The notes beneath the pieces are model-generated. The model had not been told where the DNA came from. It saw only the letters and a list, made by a program, of their open reading frames with translations, and made no database searches. From contig OY764079.1 in assembly GCA_963667975.1 (NCBI GenBank), positions 3,671,866 through 3,735,865 of the forward strand: 64,000 bases of DNA, given 5' to 3'. The position numbers and the translations under genes were made by a program. Source of the DNA: Bacteroidales bacterium (GTDB lineage: Bacteria > Bacteroidota > Bacteroidia > Bacteroidales > G963667975). Shown here piece by piece: positions 50,005 through 58,998 of this stretch; position 1 is the first letter of the stretch; the number at the start of each line of letters is the position of its first letter.

Positions 50005-51348
50005 ATGGGCGCATTTAAAGCTTACGATATCCGCGGAGTCTATAACCGCGACTTTAATAAAAACGATGTTTATAAAATCGGATTTTTTATTCCTGAACTT
50101 TTAAACGCCGGTAAAGTATTAATTGGACGTGATGTACGTGAATCATCCCCCGAAATTTACGAAGCCTTATGCTCCGGAATCACTGATGCGGGTGCTGATG
50201 TTTATGATGCAGGCTTATCTACAACCCCTATGATTTATTGGGGAACTGCTAAATTCGGATTCGAAGCATCGGTAATGATTACGGCTTCACATAATCCAAA
50301 GGAGTATAATGGTTTAAAAATTTCACGTAAAGATGCTCTTCCGGTTGGCTTTGATTCAGGACTAAATGAATTAGAAAAATGGATTCACGAACGTGATATT
50401 GTTCCTGCATCTCAAAAAGGGAACGTAATTGATTACAACATAAAAGAACAATATCTCGATTTTCAACGCGCATATCTGGTTGATTTAACCGGATTAAACA
50501 TTGCCGTTGACGGATCTAACGGAATGGCGGGACTCTTTATCAAAGAATTGCTCGGGAACAAACCCCATTACATCTTTCTCGAACCTGACGGAACGTTCCC
50601 AAACCATGAAGCGAATCCACTTGAAATTGAAAATGTGCATGATCTTCAAAAACTTGTAAACGAAACAAAAAGCGATATTGGCGTTATTTTTGATGGTGAT
50701 GCCGATCGTGTAATGTTTGTGGACGAAAACAGCCGCTTTATCTCACCTGACTTAATCATCGGACTACTTGCTCATTACTTTCTTGAAGAAAAAAAGCTGA
50801 AAGGAAATGTTTTACAAGACATCAGAACCAGTAAAGCTGTTGGTGAATACATCGAAAACTTTGGCTCAACCATGCACATGTGGAGAGTTGGAAGAGCTTA
50901 TGCCGCATTGAAACTCCGTAAAATTGACGGAATTTTTGGTGGCGAGCTTGCCGGGCATTATTACTTTCGCGATTTCTACTACTCCGATTCAGGAATACTT
51001 GCCTGCTTACTCGTATTGCGGATTGTGGATAAATTTAAAAAACAGGGAATTAAATTCTCCGAATTAATCGATAAAATTTCATCCTACGCAAACTCTGGAG
51101 AAATTAATTTCAAGATTGAAGAAAAAGAAAAGGCTATGGAGGCCTTAAAAGGCTATTTTACACATACTGAAGCTCCAACTGCTTTCTATGACTTTGATGG
51201 TTTCCGAATAGAATTTAAAGATTGGTGGTTCAATGTAAGACCTTCAAACACCGAACCTTACCTACGATTTTTAGCTGAAGCAAAATCAAGGGAATTACTC
51301 GACGAAAAAATAGCATTGGCACGAAAAATAATCAGTGCATTTGAATAG
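50005..51348 (+). CDS. Phosphomannomutase/phosphoglucomutase (alpha-D-phosphohexomutase).
   Basis: TASHNPKEYNGLK active-site loop. GDGDADR metal loop. 447 aa. Confidence 0.9.
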   Translation: MGAFKAYDIRGVYNRDFNKNDVYKIGFFIPELLNAGKVLIGRDVRESSPEIYEALCSGITDAGADVYDAGLSTTPMIYWGTAKFGFEASVMITASHNPKEYNGLKISRKDALPVGFDSGLNELEKWIHERDIVPASQKGNVIDYNIKEQYLDFQRAYLVDLTGLNIAVDGSNGMAGLFIKELLGNKPHYIFLEPDGTFPNHEANPLEIENVHDLQKLVNETKSDIGVIFDGDADRVMFVDENSRFISPDLIIGLLAHYFLEEKKLKGNVLQDIRTSKAVGEYIENFGSTMHMWRVGRAYAALKLRKIDGIFGGELAGHYYFRDFYYSDSGILACLLVLRIVDKFKKQGIKFSELIDKISSYANSGEINFKIEEKEKAMEALKGYFTHTEAPTAFYDFDGFRIEFKDWWFNVRPSNTEPYLRFLAEAKSRELLDEKIALARKIISAFE

Positions 51349-51447
51349 AAATATGAGCCCGGTGTCAGTTTTCCTGCTTCCAGGTTTTTTATTTGGGGTT
51401 ATCATCTTTCAAATATTCTTATCTTTATCGATCAAAAATTCCAGACT

Positions 51448-52359
51448 TTGAATAAACTGTTCCTCTGGCTGATGATTATTCTTCTGGTGATGAACACCAA
51501 TGCCCAGAATGATACAACGTTAAATGCGACGAAAAACTATTCGTCGCGCAAAAAGCTGGTTTATACCGGAGGTGCAACCCTCTATACAGGCACCATGGTT
51601 GGTTTATACTCCTTGTGGTATAAAGATTATCCGATGAATGGATTCCATTTCATCAACGACAACCGCGAATGGTTGCAAATGGATAAACTGGGACACGCAA
51701 CAACGTCTTATCATGTTGGAAGATTGGGATACGAAGCACTCAAATGGTCAGGAGCCAGTGAAAAAACAGCTTTGTGGGTAGGCGGATTTTCTGGTTCAAT
51801 TTTTCTTACGACCATTGAAACACTGGACGGATTTTCAGCAGAATGGGGCGCTTCACCCGGCGATTTAATTGCAAACACCTCCGGATCTATCCTTTTCATT
51901 GGGCAACAGTTACTCTGGAACGAACAAAGAATTATGCTCAAAACATCCTTTCACACTACTTCTTTTGCTCAATACAGACCTGATTTATTGGGAAGTAATC
52001 TTCCTCAAAGGCTCATCAAAGATTATAACGGACAAACCTACTGGTTATCATGTAACATTGCATCCTTTCTTCCCAAAGAGAGCTTATTTCCCAAATGGCT
52101 CAATATTGCATTTGGATACGGCGCAGAAGGAATGACAGGATCACGTTTAAATTCAACAATTTACAAGGGGAATACAATCCCTTCATTCAATCGCTATCGA
52201 CAATATTACCTCTCCTTAGATATTGAAACAAGCCGGATAAAAACCAAAAACAGATTTCTGAAATTTGTTCTGAAAGGCATAAGCTTTATCAAAATTCCAT
52301 TTCCTACTCTTGAAATAAACAGCAAAAATCAAATAAAAGGACATTGGCTCTATTTTTAA
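51448..52359 (+). CDS. Secreted hypothetical protein (DUF2279-like).
   Basis: Signal peptide. Conserved W/Y-rich blocks. No catalytic motif recognised. Confidence 0.5.
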   Translation: MNKLFLWLMIILLVMNTNAQNDTTLNATKNYSSRKKLVYTGGATLYTGTMVGLYSLWYKDYPMNGFHFINDNREWLQMDKLGHATTSYHVGRLGYEALKWSGASEKTALWVGGFSGSIFLTTIETLDGFSAEWGASPGDLIANTSGSILFIGQQLLWNEQRIMLKTSFHTTSFAQYRPDLLGSNLPQRLIKDYNGQTYWLSCNIASFLPKESLFPKWLNIAFGYGAEGMTGSRLNSTIYKGNTIPSFNRYRQYYLSLDIETSRIKTKNRFLKFVLKGISFIKIPFPTLEINSKNQIKGHWLYF

Positions 52360-52393
52360 ATTGTGTAAATTCGCATTTCAAAACAAGATTAAA

Positions 52394-52801
52394 ATGAAAA
52401 AAGCATTACTTATCATTACATTGGCAATCATATACTTATCCTCATGCACCAGCAAAGAAGAAAAAATCGCTGCCTTATACGATCAAACCAATATTGCCCT
52501 GAGCAATAGCGATATCAATCAGGTATTGAAAAATGTAACAGAAATTTTAGCGCTTGATGCGCAGTCTGCAAAAGCCTATTTCATTCGGGCAAATTGTTAT
52601 GTTGGGATGGATAAATGGAAAGAAGCAATGGATGATTATAACAAAGCCGTTGAGCTTAAAATGATGGACCCTCTTCTTTTTGCGAACAGAGGAAATTTGC
52701 GCAAAATGATGAAAGATGATAACGGTGCTTGTGCTGACTGGAAACAAGCTGAACAACTTGGAGCAACAAACCTTAAAGAAAAAACCAAGTTTTGTCAGTA
52801 A
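52394..52801 (+). CDS. TPR-like lipoprotein.
   Basis: Lipobox LSSC. Helical repeats (AKAYFIRANCYVGMDKWKEAMDDYNKAVEL). Confidence 0.55.
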   Translation: MKKALLIITLAIIYLSSCTSKEEKIAALYDQTNIALSNSDINQVLKNVTEILALDAQSAKAYFIRANCYVGMDKWKEAMDDYNKAVELKMMDPLLFANRGNLRKMMKDDNGACADWKQAEQLGATNLKEKTKFCQ

Positions 52802-52977
52802 TAAACATTCCCTATATATGAAACCCAAATTTCTCAATGAAGAACTTTTTATTGAATCTGGCAAAGAATCCTTCTTTTGGCAAAGTTTATAAGCCAATCT
52901 GGATTTATTGATTTATTCAGAAAATAATAATTAGCACACTAAATCTGTGTAATAAATCATTCTTGATATGGAATGAT

Positions 52978-54105
52978 TTATTTTTTTACCAATGTTTCCG
53001 AAATCAAATTACGCAAACGTTGTTCTTCATTCTCCCAACACAAAACCTCCGAAGCCCTAAGTGCAGCCTCCTTGTAACCTCTTAGTTTTTCTTCATTTTT
53101 CAATAGTTCATGAATCTGTTGTGCTAACATTTCCGGATTCATATCATTCACTATTTCGCCTACCTGAAATTCAAGTACAACTTTTTTAACTTCGGGTAAA
53201 TCAGATGCCAAAACAGCTATATTAGCCTGGATGTAATCAAAGAGTTTATTGGGCAAACTATATCTGTAGTTGAGATTTGTGTCTTTATCAAGACTTAATC
53301 CGATATCGGCATTCCGGGTATATTGAAGTAATTTTTTGTAAGGTTGACGAGGTAGAAACCAGACTTTTTCGCTCAGATTCAATGTCTGAACTTTTTCCTT
53401 CAAAAACGGGATAACATCTCCTCCTCCAATTATCAGCAGCAATGCATCTTCAAACCATTGCATAGCTTCTACTGCCTCTTCAGAACCTCGATGCATATTA
53501 ATACCCGAGCCCTGAATGATCAGGATTTTCTTGTTTTCGGGTAAACCCAACTCTTCGCGACTTATCTGCACTTCAGAACCATTTATTCGTTCAGGAATAT
53601 TCCGGATTACCGTCATTTCCAGCCCATATCTTTCTTTGTAAATAGCAGCAATGGAATCATTTACAGTTGCAGAAAAACTCAAATGAGGCAAAATTCCTTT
53701 TTCTATCTTTAACCAGAAATTACGGGCGAAACTGTTATTTATTAGTTCCGGCACTTCTGTAAAAAGCTCGTGACTATCATAAATCAACGGAATCCTTTTG
53801 AGTTTCGATATCAGGTAATTCGGCATTATCGTATCTAAATCATTTGAAACCAATAAATCAGCTTTTCGAAACAACAAAAAAAATAACAAACGAAGGTTGA
53901 ATTCTGCATAAAACCAAATCTCTTTCGTGAAAACTAACTTCATGCGATGCATCCTGTATTCACGCACTGGCAAAGCCGGGCTATTTTTCAACTGGCGCCC
54001 CACAAACAATACCTGAAAACCCATTTTTTTTAAGGTCATGCAGGTACGGTGAACCCGGTTGTCAGTCACTAAATCGTTGGTAACAGATACAATTGCTCTT
54101 TTCAC
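52978..54105 (-). CDS. Glycosyltransferase family 4 (GT-B, RfaB-like).
   Basis: 375 aa. C-terminal E-x7-E-like region (LPRQPYKK...VLEFQVGEIV). Confidence 0.8.
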   Translation of the reverse strand: MKRAIVSVTNDLVTDNRVHRTCMTLKKMGFQVLFVGRQLKNSPALPVREYRMHRMKLVFTKEIWFYAEFNLRLLFFLLFRKADLLVSNDLDTIMPNYLISKLKRIPLIYDSHELFTEVPELINNSFARNFWLKIEKGILPHLSFSATVNDSIAAIYKERYGLEMTVIRNIPERINGSEVQISREELGLPENKKILIIQGSGINMHRGSEEAVEAMQWFEDALLLIIGGGDVIPFLKEKVQTLNLSEKVWFLPRQPYKKLLQYTRNADIGLSLDKDTNLNYRYSLPNKLFDYIQANIAVLASDLPEVKKVVLEFQVGEIVNDMNPEMLAQQIHELLKNEEKLRGYKEAALRASEVLCWENEEQRLRNLISETLVKK

Positions 54106-54322
54106 GTTTGGCTGGATTGAAGTGCAAAAATAGAGGATATCTCAAACAAAAGGGTATATGAATTTACTTTTCATCAACACCTTCGTGCTTAAACGTCCAA
54201 TAACGATTACATCAAATAGATCTACGATTAAATTCATATACGGATTATTCAATATTGAAACGAGTATCACGAAAATTGAATCTCCGAAAATCTGTATATT
54301 TGTAGCTTTAAAATTATCTGTT

Positions 54323-54718
54323 ATGGAAATGGATTATAACGACTTTTACGTAAGCCTGGGACGCTTATACTATGCAATCTCAAAATCAGACGAACGCATT
54401 CAGAAAGTTGAAATCACTGAACTTCAGAAATATATATCTGAAGAGCTGCTAAATCTGGATAGTTCTCAGGATGAATTTGGCACAAACAATGCTTATTATA
54501 CCGAATTTGAATTTGAATCCTTATGCGATTCAAAAATTCCATATCGTGAAGCATACGAAGCTTTTGTGCAATTTTATGAAATCAACAAAAAACAGCTCAC
54601 CAAAAGAATCAAACAAGCTATTTATAAAGGTTGTGAGCAAATTGCCACAGCAAATAACGCTATTTCAGCAAATGAGGCACAATTACTTGCAGAACTGAAA
54701 AGCTTAATGAGTCTATAA
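54323..54718 (+). CDS. Small helical hypothetical protein, possibly TerB-like.
   Basis: ATG at 54323 inside the longer ORF. Amphipathic helices. Weak resemblance to the TerB/DjlA N-terminal domain. Confidence 0.4.
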   Translation: MEMDYNDFYVSLGRLYYAISKSDERIQKVEITELQKYISEELLNLDSSQDEFGTNNAYYTEFEFESLCDSKIPYREAYEAFVQFYEINKKQLTKRIKQAIYKGCEQIATANNAISANEAQLLAELKSLMSL

Positions 54719-54730
54719 AACCACTAAAAC

Positions 54731-55351
54731 ATGTTGTTGAAAATTTATCCCGACAATCCCAATCCCCGTCAGATCAAAACGGTTATTGAATGCCTTCAGG
54801 ATGGAGGTGTAATCATTTATCCGACCGATACTGTCTATGGCATGGGTTGCGACATTTTCAACAACAAAGCCGTTGAACGTGTTGCACAACTCAAAGGGAT
54901 TCGTAAAGATCAGGCAAACTTTTCCTTTATCTGTTACGATCTGAGTCAACTCTCCGATTTTACCCGTCCCATCAGTAATCAAAACTTTAAACTGATGAAA
55001 CGGGCACTTCCCGGCCCATTTACTTTTATTCTGGAAGCAAGCAATAATGTTCCAAAACTATTTCAAAGCAAGAAGAAAACCGTAGGAATTCGTGTACCCG
55101 ATAATAGTATTGCACGACTGATCGTAAATGAGTTGGGCAATCCAATCATGTCAACCTCAATTCATGATGAAGACGAAATCATTGAATACACGACTGATCC
55201 TGAATTGATTTATGAAAAATATCGCGACAAAGTGGATATTGTTATTGATGCAGGATATGGAGGAAATGAAGCATCAACAGTTGTAAATCTGGTTGGCGAT
55301 GACATTATAATAATCCGTCAGGGCAAAGGAATTATCGAAGACTTTATTTAA
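54731..55351 (+). CDS. tsaC: L-threonylcarbamoyladenylate synthase (YrdC/TsaC).
   Basis: YPTDTVYGMGCD motif. 206 aa. Confidence 0.85.
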   Translation: MLLKIYPDNPNPRQIKTVIECLQDGGVIIYPTDTVYGMGCDIFNNKAVERVAQLKGIRKDQANFSFICYDLSQLSDFTRPISNQNFKLMKRALPGPFTFILEASNNVPKLFQSKKKTVGIRVPDNSIARLIVNELGNPIMSTSIHDEDEIIEYTTDPELIYEKYRDKVDIVIDAGYGGNEASTVVNLVGDDIIIIRQGKGIIEDFI

Positions 55352-55357
55352 GCTCAC

Positions 55358-55684
55358 ATGGAACAGATTACCAGCTTTTTCAAGATTGCGCACCAACTCA
55401 GTAGTCAGAAAGAAACTGTTGAAACAGTTTTTGAAACCAACCTATTTCGAATTGAGCGAATCGTATCTAATGGTTTTGCTTCACCTGAAAACTTCTGGTA
55501 CAATCAGGAACAGGATGAATGGGTGATGATGATGCAGGGAGTTGCCCGTCTCGAATTTAGAGATGGCATAAAAAGAGAAATCCATTCCGGTGATTTTCTC
55601 TTTATTCCTGCACATCAGGAACACCGTGTTGACTGGGTGAGCAAAATGCCAAACTGCATCTGGCTGGCAATCTTCCCAAAATAA
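55358..55684 (+). CDS. Cupin-domain protein.
   Basis: 108 aa. beta-barrel motifs (H.GDFLFIPA..EH.V). Confidence 0.6.
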   Translation: MEQITSFFKIAHQLSSQKETVETVFETNLFRIERIVSNGFASPENFWYNQEQDEWVMMMQGVARLEFRDGIKREIHSGDFLFIPAHQEHRVDWVSKMPNCIWLAIFPK

Positions 55685-55705
55685 TTTTTAAATCAAAATA
55701 CCACA

Positions 55706-56239
55706 ATGGATCATATTGAAAACGAGGCTATTTACAGCAGAAACGTACTGGAATTATTAACTGTAGCACACGAATTTTGTTTGTTTCTCGAAAGCGTAGA
55801 AAAATATCCTTCGGATGAAGTACTTGCTTTTTTGAATAAAATCGCCCCCTTGTTATATATTAAGGGTATTTTGATTCCTGAGATTGAAGTAAATAATCCT
55901 GATGCAAATGAACGCTTTGTTACTGAAGAGCAATACGAAAATATTTTTCTTTCACTGAAAGAAAAATTTGGCAAATCCGATAAATTTACCCGTAGTAATA
56001 CGAAAGTAAACGAAAAATCAATATTAATTGAGAGTAGCTTATCCGAGGTCTTTGCTGATATTTATCAGGATCTTAAAGATTTTGTGATTCTTTACCAGAA
56101 AAACACCCGCGACGCAAAAGAAAACGCAGTTTTTTCAATCAAGGAATTATTCTCCCAACATTGGGGCATTCGCCTTATTGAGGCACAAAAACATCTTCAC
56201 CTTCAATTATATAACGAATCTGAAGAATTTTACCACTAA
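55706..56239 (+). CDS. Hypothetical protein (DUF5063-like).
   Basis: Conserved acidic helical protein common in Bacteroidota. No catalytic motif. Confidence 0.45.
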   Translation: MDHIENEAIYSRNVLELLTVAHEFCLFLESVEKYPSDEVLAFLNKIAPLLYIKGILIPEIEVNNPDANERFVTEEQYENIFLSLKEKFGKSDKFTRSNTKVNEKSILIESSLSEVFADIYQDLKDFVILYQKNTRDAKENAVFSIKELFSQHWGIRLIEAQKHLHLQLYNESEEFYH

Positions 56240-56356
56240 CATTCACCGTTAGTTCATTTTTTTTTTGCGTTCTATAAAATTGAGAATTATATCAATCCTA
56301 GGCAATAAAGTTCACATTTCCAACTCTGAAAATTTCGGTAATCAGAACAGAATGTG

Positions 56357-56364
56357 TACCTTTG
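56357..56364 (+). promoter_or_regulatory. -7 promoter element TAnnTTTG.
   Basis: tacctttg lies 22 nt before the ATG at 56386. Confidence 0.3.
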
Positions 56365-56385
56365 TTAAGCTGAACAATAAAAAAT

Positions 56386-57381
56386 ATGATTACGATGATA
56401 GATCTTTCGGTAAAATACATGGGTCTGGAGCTTAAAAATCCTATAATAGTAGGTAGCTCAGGGTTAACAAACTCCGTTGAAAAAGTTATTGAAGCAGAAA
56501 AAAATGGTGCTGCTGCGGTAGTATTAAAATCTCTGTTTGAAGAACAGATTCTGGCTGAAATTTCACATGATATTTCACAAAGTGATTCATCTTTTGTGTA
56601 TCCTGAAGCTTATGATTACATCAGTAATTATGTAAAAGGACACAGTATTGAACAATACATTAAACTAATTCGCGACTGTAAAAAGGCCGTAAGTATTCCT
56701 GTAATCGCCAGTATCAATTGTGTTTCAGCTACAGAATGGCCTAAATTTGCAAAACGTATCGAAGAAGCTGGAGCAGACGCTTTAGAGCTTAATATCTTCA
56801 TACTTCCTTCTGACTTAAATCATACCAGTGAGCAAGTAGAAAAAGTATATTTCGAAATTATTGAAGAAGTTAAAAAATATACGACACTCCCTATTGCTGT
56901 TAAAATCAGCAATACTTTCTCGGGATTTTCTAAAATGGCATTAAAGCTTTCATGGACTGGAATTAAAGGAATCGTGATGTTTAACCGTTTCTTCTCTCCT
57001 GATGTGGATATTGATACCTTTAAGATTACCGCAACTAATATTTTCAGTCAACCGGAAGAAAGTTCATTGCCACTGCGGTGGATCGGTATTTTATCAGAAT
57101 TGCTCTATTGCGATGTTGCCGCAACTACTGGTATTCATCAGGGTAGCGATGTAATTAAACAACTTCTGGCAGGAGCCAATGCTGTTGAAATTGCAACTAC
57201 TCTCTACAAAAACGGCTTTGGCCAGATTGGAGTAATGCTGAAAGACATTGAAAAATGGATGGAAAAGCACAACTTTAAATCTATTGAAGAATTCCGCGGC
57301 AAAATGAGTGCAAAGAAAACAGAAAATCCCGCAGCTTATCTGCGTGTTCAGTTTATGAAATACTTCGCCGGAATCGAATAA
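56386..57381 (+). CDS. Dihydroorotate dehydrogenase-like / dihydropyrimidine dehydrogenase (PreA-like) TIM-barrel flavoprotein.
   Basis: LKNPIIVGSSGLT..., VVLKSLFEEQI and GAD..ELNI class-1 DHOD-like motifs. Confidence 0.75.
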   Translation: MITMIDLSVKYMGLELKNPIIVGSSGLTNSVEKVIEAEKNGAAAVVLKSLFEEQILAEISHDISQSDSSFVYPEAYDYISNYVKGHSIEQYIKLIRDCKKAVSIPVIASINCVSATEWPKFAKRIEEAGADALELNIFILPSDLNHTSEQVEKVYFEIIEEVKKYTTLPIAVKISNTFSGFSKMALKLSWTGIKGIVMFNRFFSPDVDIDTFKITATNIFSQPEESSLPLRWIGILSELLYCDVAATTGIHQGSDVIKQLLAGANAVEIATTLYKNGFGQIGVMLKDIEKWMEKHNFKSIEEFRGKMSAKKTENPAAYLRVQFMKYFAGIE

Positions 57382-57403
57382 AGCAAAACAAAATATATAT
57401 AAC

Positions 57404-57440
57404 AAAGGCTGTCTTGAAAAAGATAGCCTTTGTTATTTTT
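57404..57440 (+). terminator. Rho-independent terminator.
   Basis: aaaggctgtc-ttgaaaaa-gatagccttt then gttattttt. Confidence 0.55.
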
Positions 57441-57518
57441 ATTTATTTGTCAAATTAACAAATGCCTATATTTCCTGCTCCAATTTCATTACTTTTATTC
57501 CCTCTAAAAACCGACACC

Positions 57519-58145
57519 ATGAGCAATCGAAGCCTATCATCAATTGCAACTATCTTTTTTGTATTTATTGCATTTAATGGCATTACGCAATCCGATTCTT
57601 CTGCCTGGCTGAATGATGTTTTGACCTTTCAAAGCGAACTCAACAAAGAGTTTGCTGATTCGGCTACTTCGCCTTTGCTTCCGGAAGACTTAAAAACCTT
57701 TACACATCTGGATTTTTTCTCAATAAATGCTGAATTTCGCATTGAAGCTAAATTTGTTCGTACTCCCAACGAAAAGCCTTTCAAAATGATTACGTCTGGA
57801 ACCCGCCGACCCGAATACGTAAAATATGGCGAGGCTCGTTTTATTTACAAAGGGAAGTACGGTAAACTGAGTATCTATCAAAATATCCAGCTTTCGCAAA
57901 AAGAAGGTTATGAAGATTATCTCTTTATTCCCTTTCGCGATTTAACCTCCGGGAAAGAAAGCTATGGTGCGGGGCGCTATCTCGACCTGAAAATACCACA
58001 GGGAGATGTCATCGTAATTGATTTTAACAAGGCATACAATCCTTTATGTGCATACAATCACAAATACTCCTGCCCTATCCCTCCCGAAGAAAATCATTTA
58101 CAAATCGCTGTTTATGCTGGAGTTAAAGCACCGGAAAATCATTAA
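57519..58145 (+). CDS. DUF1684-domain protein.
   Basis: The C-terminal CAYNHKYSCPIPPEENHL motif is characteristic of DUF1684. Confidence 0.6.
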   Translation: MSNRSLSSIATIFFVFIAFNGITQSDSSAWLNDVLTFQSELNKEFADSATSPLLPEDLKTFTHLDFFSINAEFRIEAKFVRTPNEKPFKMITSGTRRPEYVKYGEARFIYKGKYGKLSIYQNIQLSQKEGYEDYLFIPFRDLTSGKESYGAGRYLDLKIPQGDVIVIDFNKAYNPLCAYNHKYSCPIPPEENHLQIAVYAGVKAPENH

Positions 58146-58154
58146 GAATTTAAA

Positions 58155-58742
58155 ATGAAGAAACAGACGGCTCTGTTTATCGCTTTACTTCTAACATTGA
58201 TCGCTTTATTGGGACTTTCAAGTAGCTTTAAACTCTTTCACAGACCGAAAGTTGGAGATGTAATAGACAGTCTGAACTCTGTAGCTGTCTATTATAATGG
58301 AAAAGTAGGAAATAGCTTTGGGAGAAACAGCACTTCCGACGGATATAACCTGGGAGTAAAATATCAATGTGTAGAGTTTGTAAAACGTTATTATTATAAT
58401 CATTTAAAACACAGAATGCCAGATTCTTATGGAAATGCTAAAGATTTTTTCGATTCGAGTATCGAAGATGGTACGTTAAACAAAAAACGCAATCTTATTC
58501 AGTACTCAAATCCTGGCAAATCAAAACCCAGTGTTGATGATATTTTAATATTTGATGGAACAACATTTAATCAATACGGGCACGTAGCTATAATAGCAAT
58601 TGTTGAAGAAAATCGTGTCCAAATCATCCAACAAAACCCTGGTCCATTTGGCAGCTCACGCCGTTGGATGAAAATATCGTTCAAAAATAATCTCTGGCAA
58701 TTCAAGGATCGTAAAGTATTGGGTTGGTTACGAAAAAAATAA
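58155..58742 (+). CDS. CHAP-domain (Cys/His amidohydrolase-peptidase) secreted protein.
   Basis: Signal anchor. Catalytic Cys in YQCVEFVKRYY and His in YGHVAII. Confidence 0.7.
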   Translation: MKKQTALFIALLLTLIALLGLSSSFKLFHRPKVGDVIDSLNSVAVYYNGKVGNSFGRNSTSDGYNLGVKYQCVEFVKRYYYNHLKHRMPDSYGNAKDFFDSSIEDGTLNKKRNLIQYSNPGKSKPSVDDILIFDGTTFNQYGHVAIIAIVEENRVQIIQQNPGPFGSSRRWMKISFKNNLWQFKDRKVLGWLRKK

Positions 58743-58998
58743 ATCAGAAGCCGTACTTCTACATCTTTTCAATCGGCATATCAATCCATACAACCCAAAC
58801 TCAGTCTAAATAATTCATATATCAATCAATCTATATGAATTTAAATCTATTTTATATATTATTATTTATTTACATATAAACACTTTCATAAATATAAATG
58901 CATATGAATATATTAAACTAGCCTTTCGTTCCTTAACTTTGCATTGCAGGAAAATCTTTTACGAAGAACTGCGTTATATGGTTTCAATATAGAATTTT

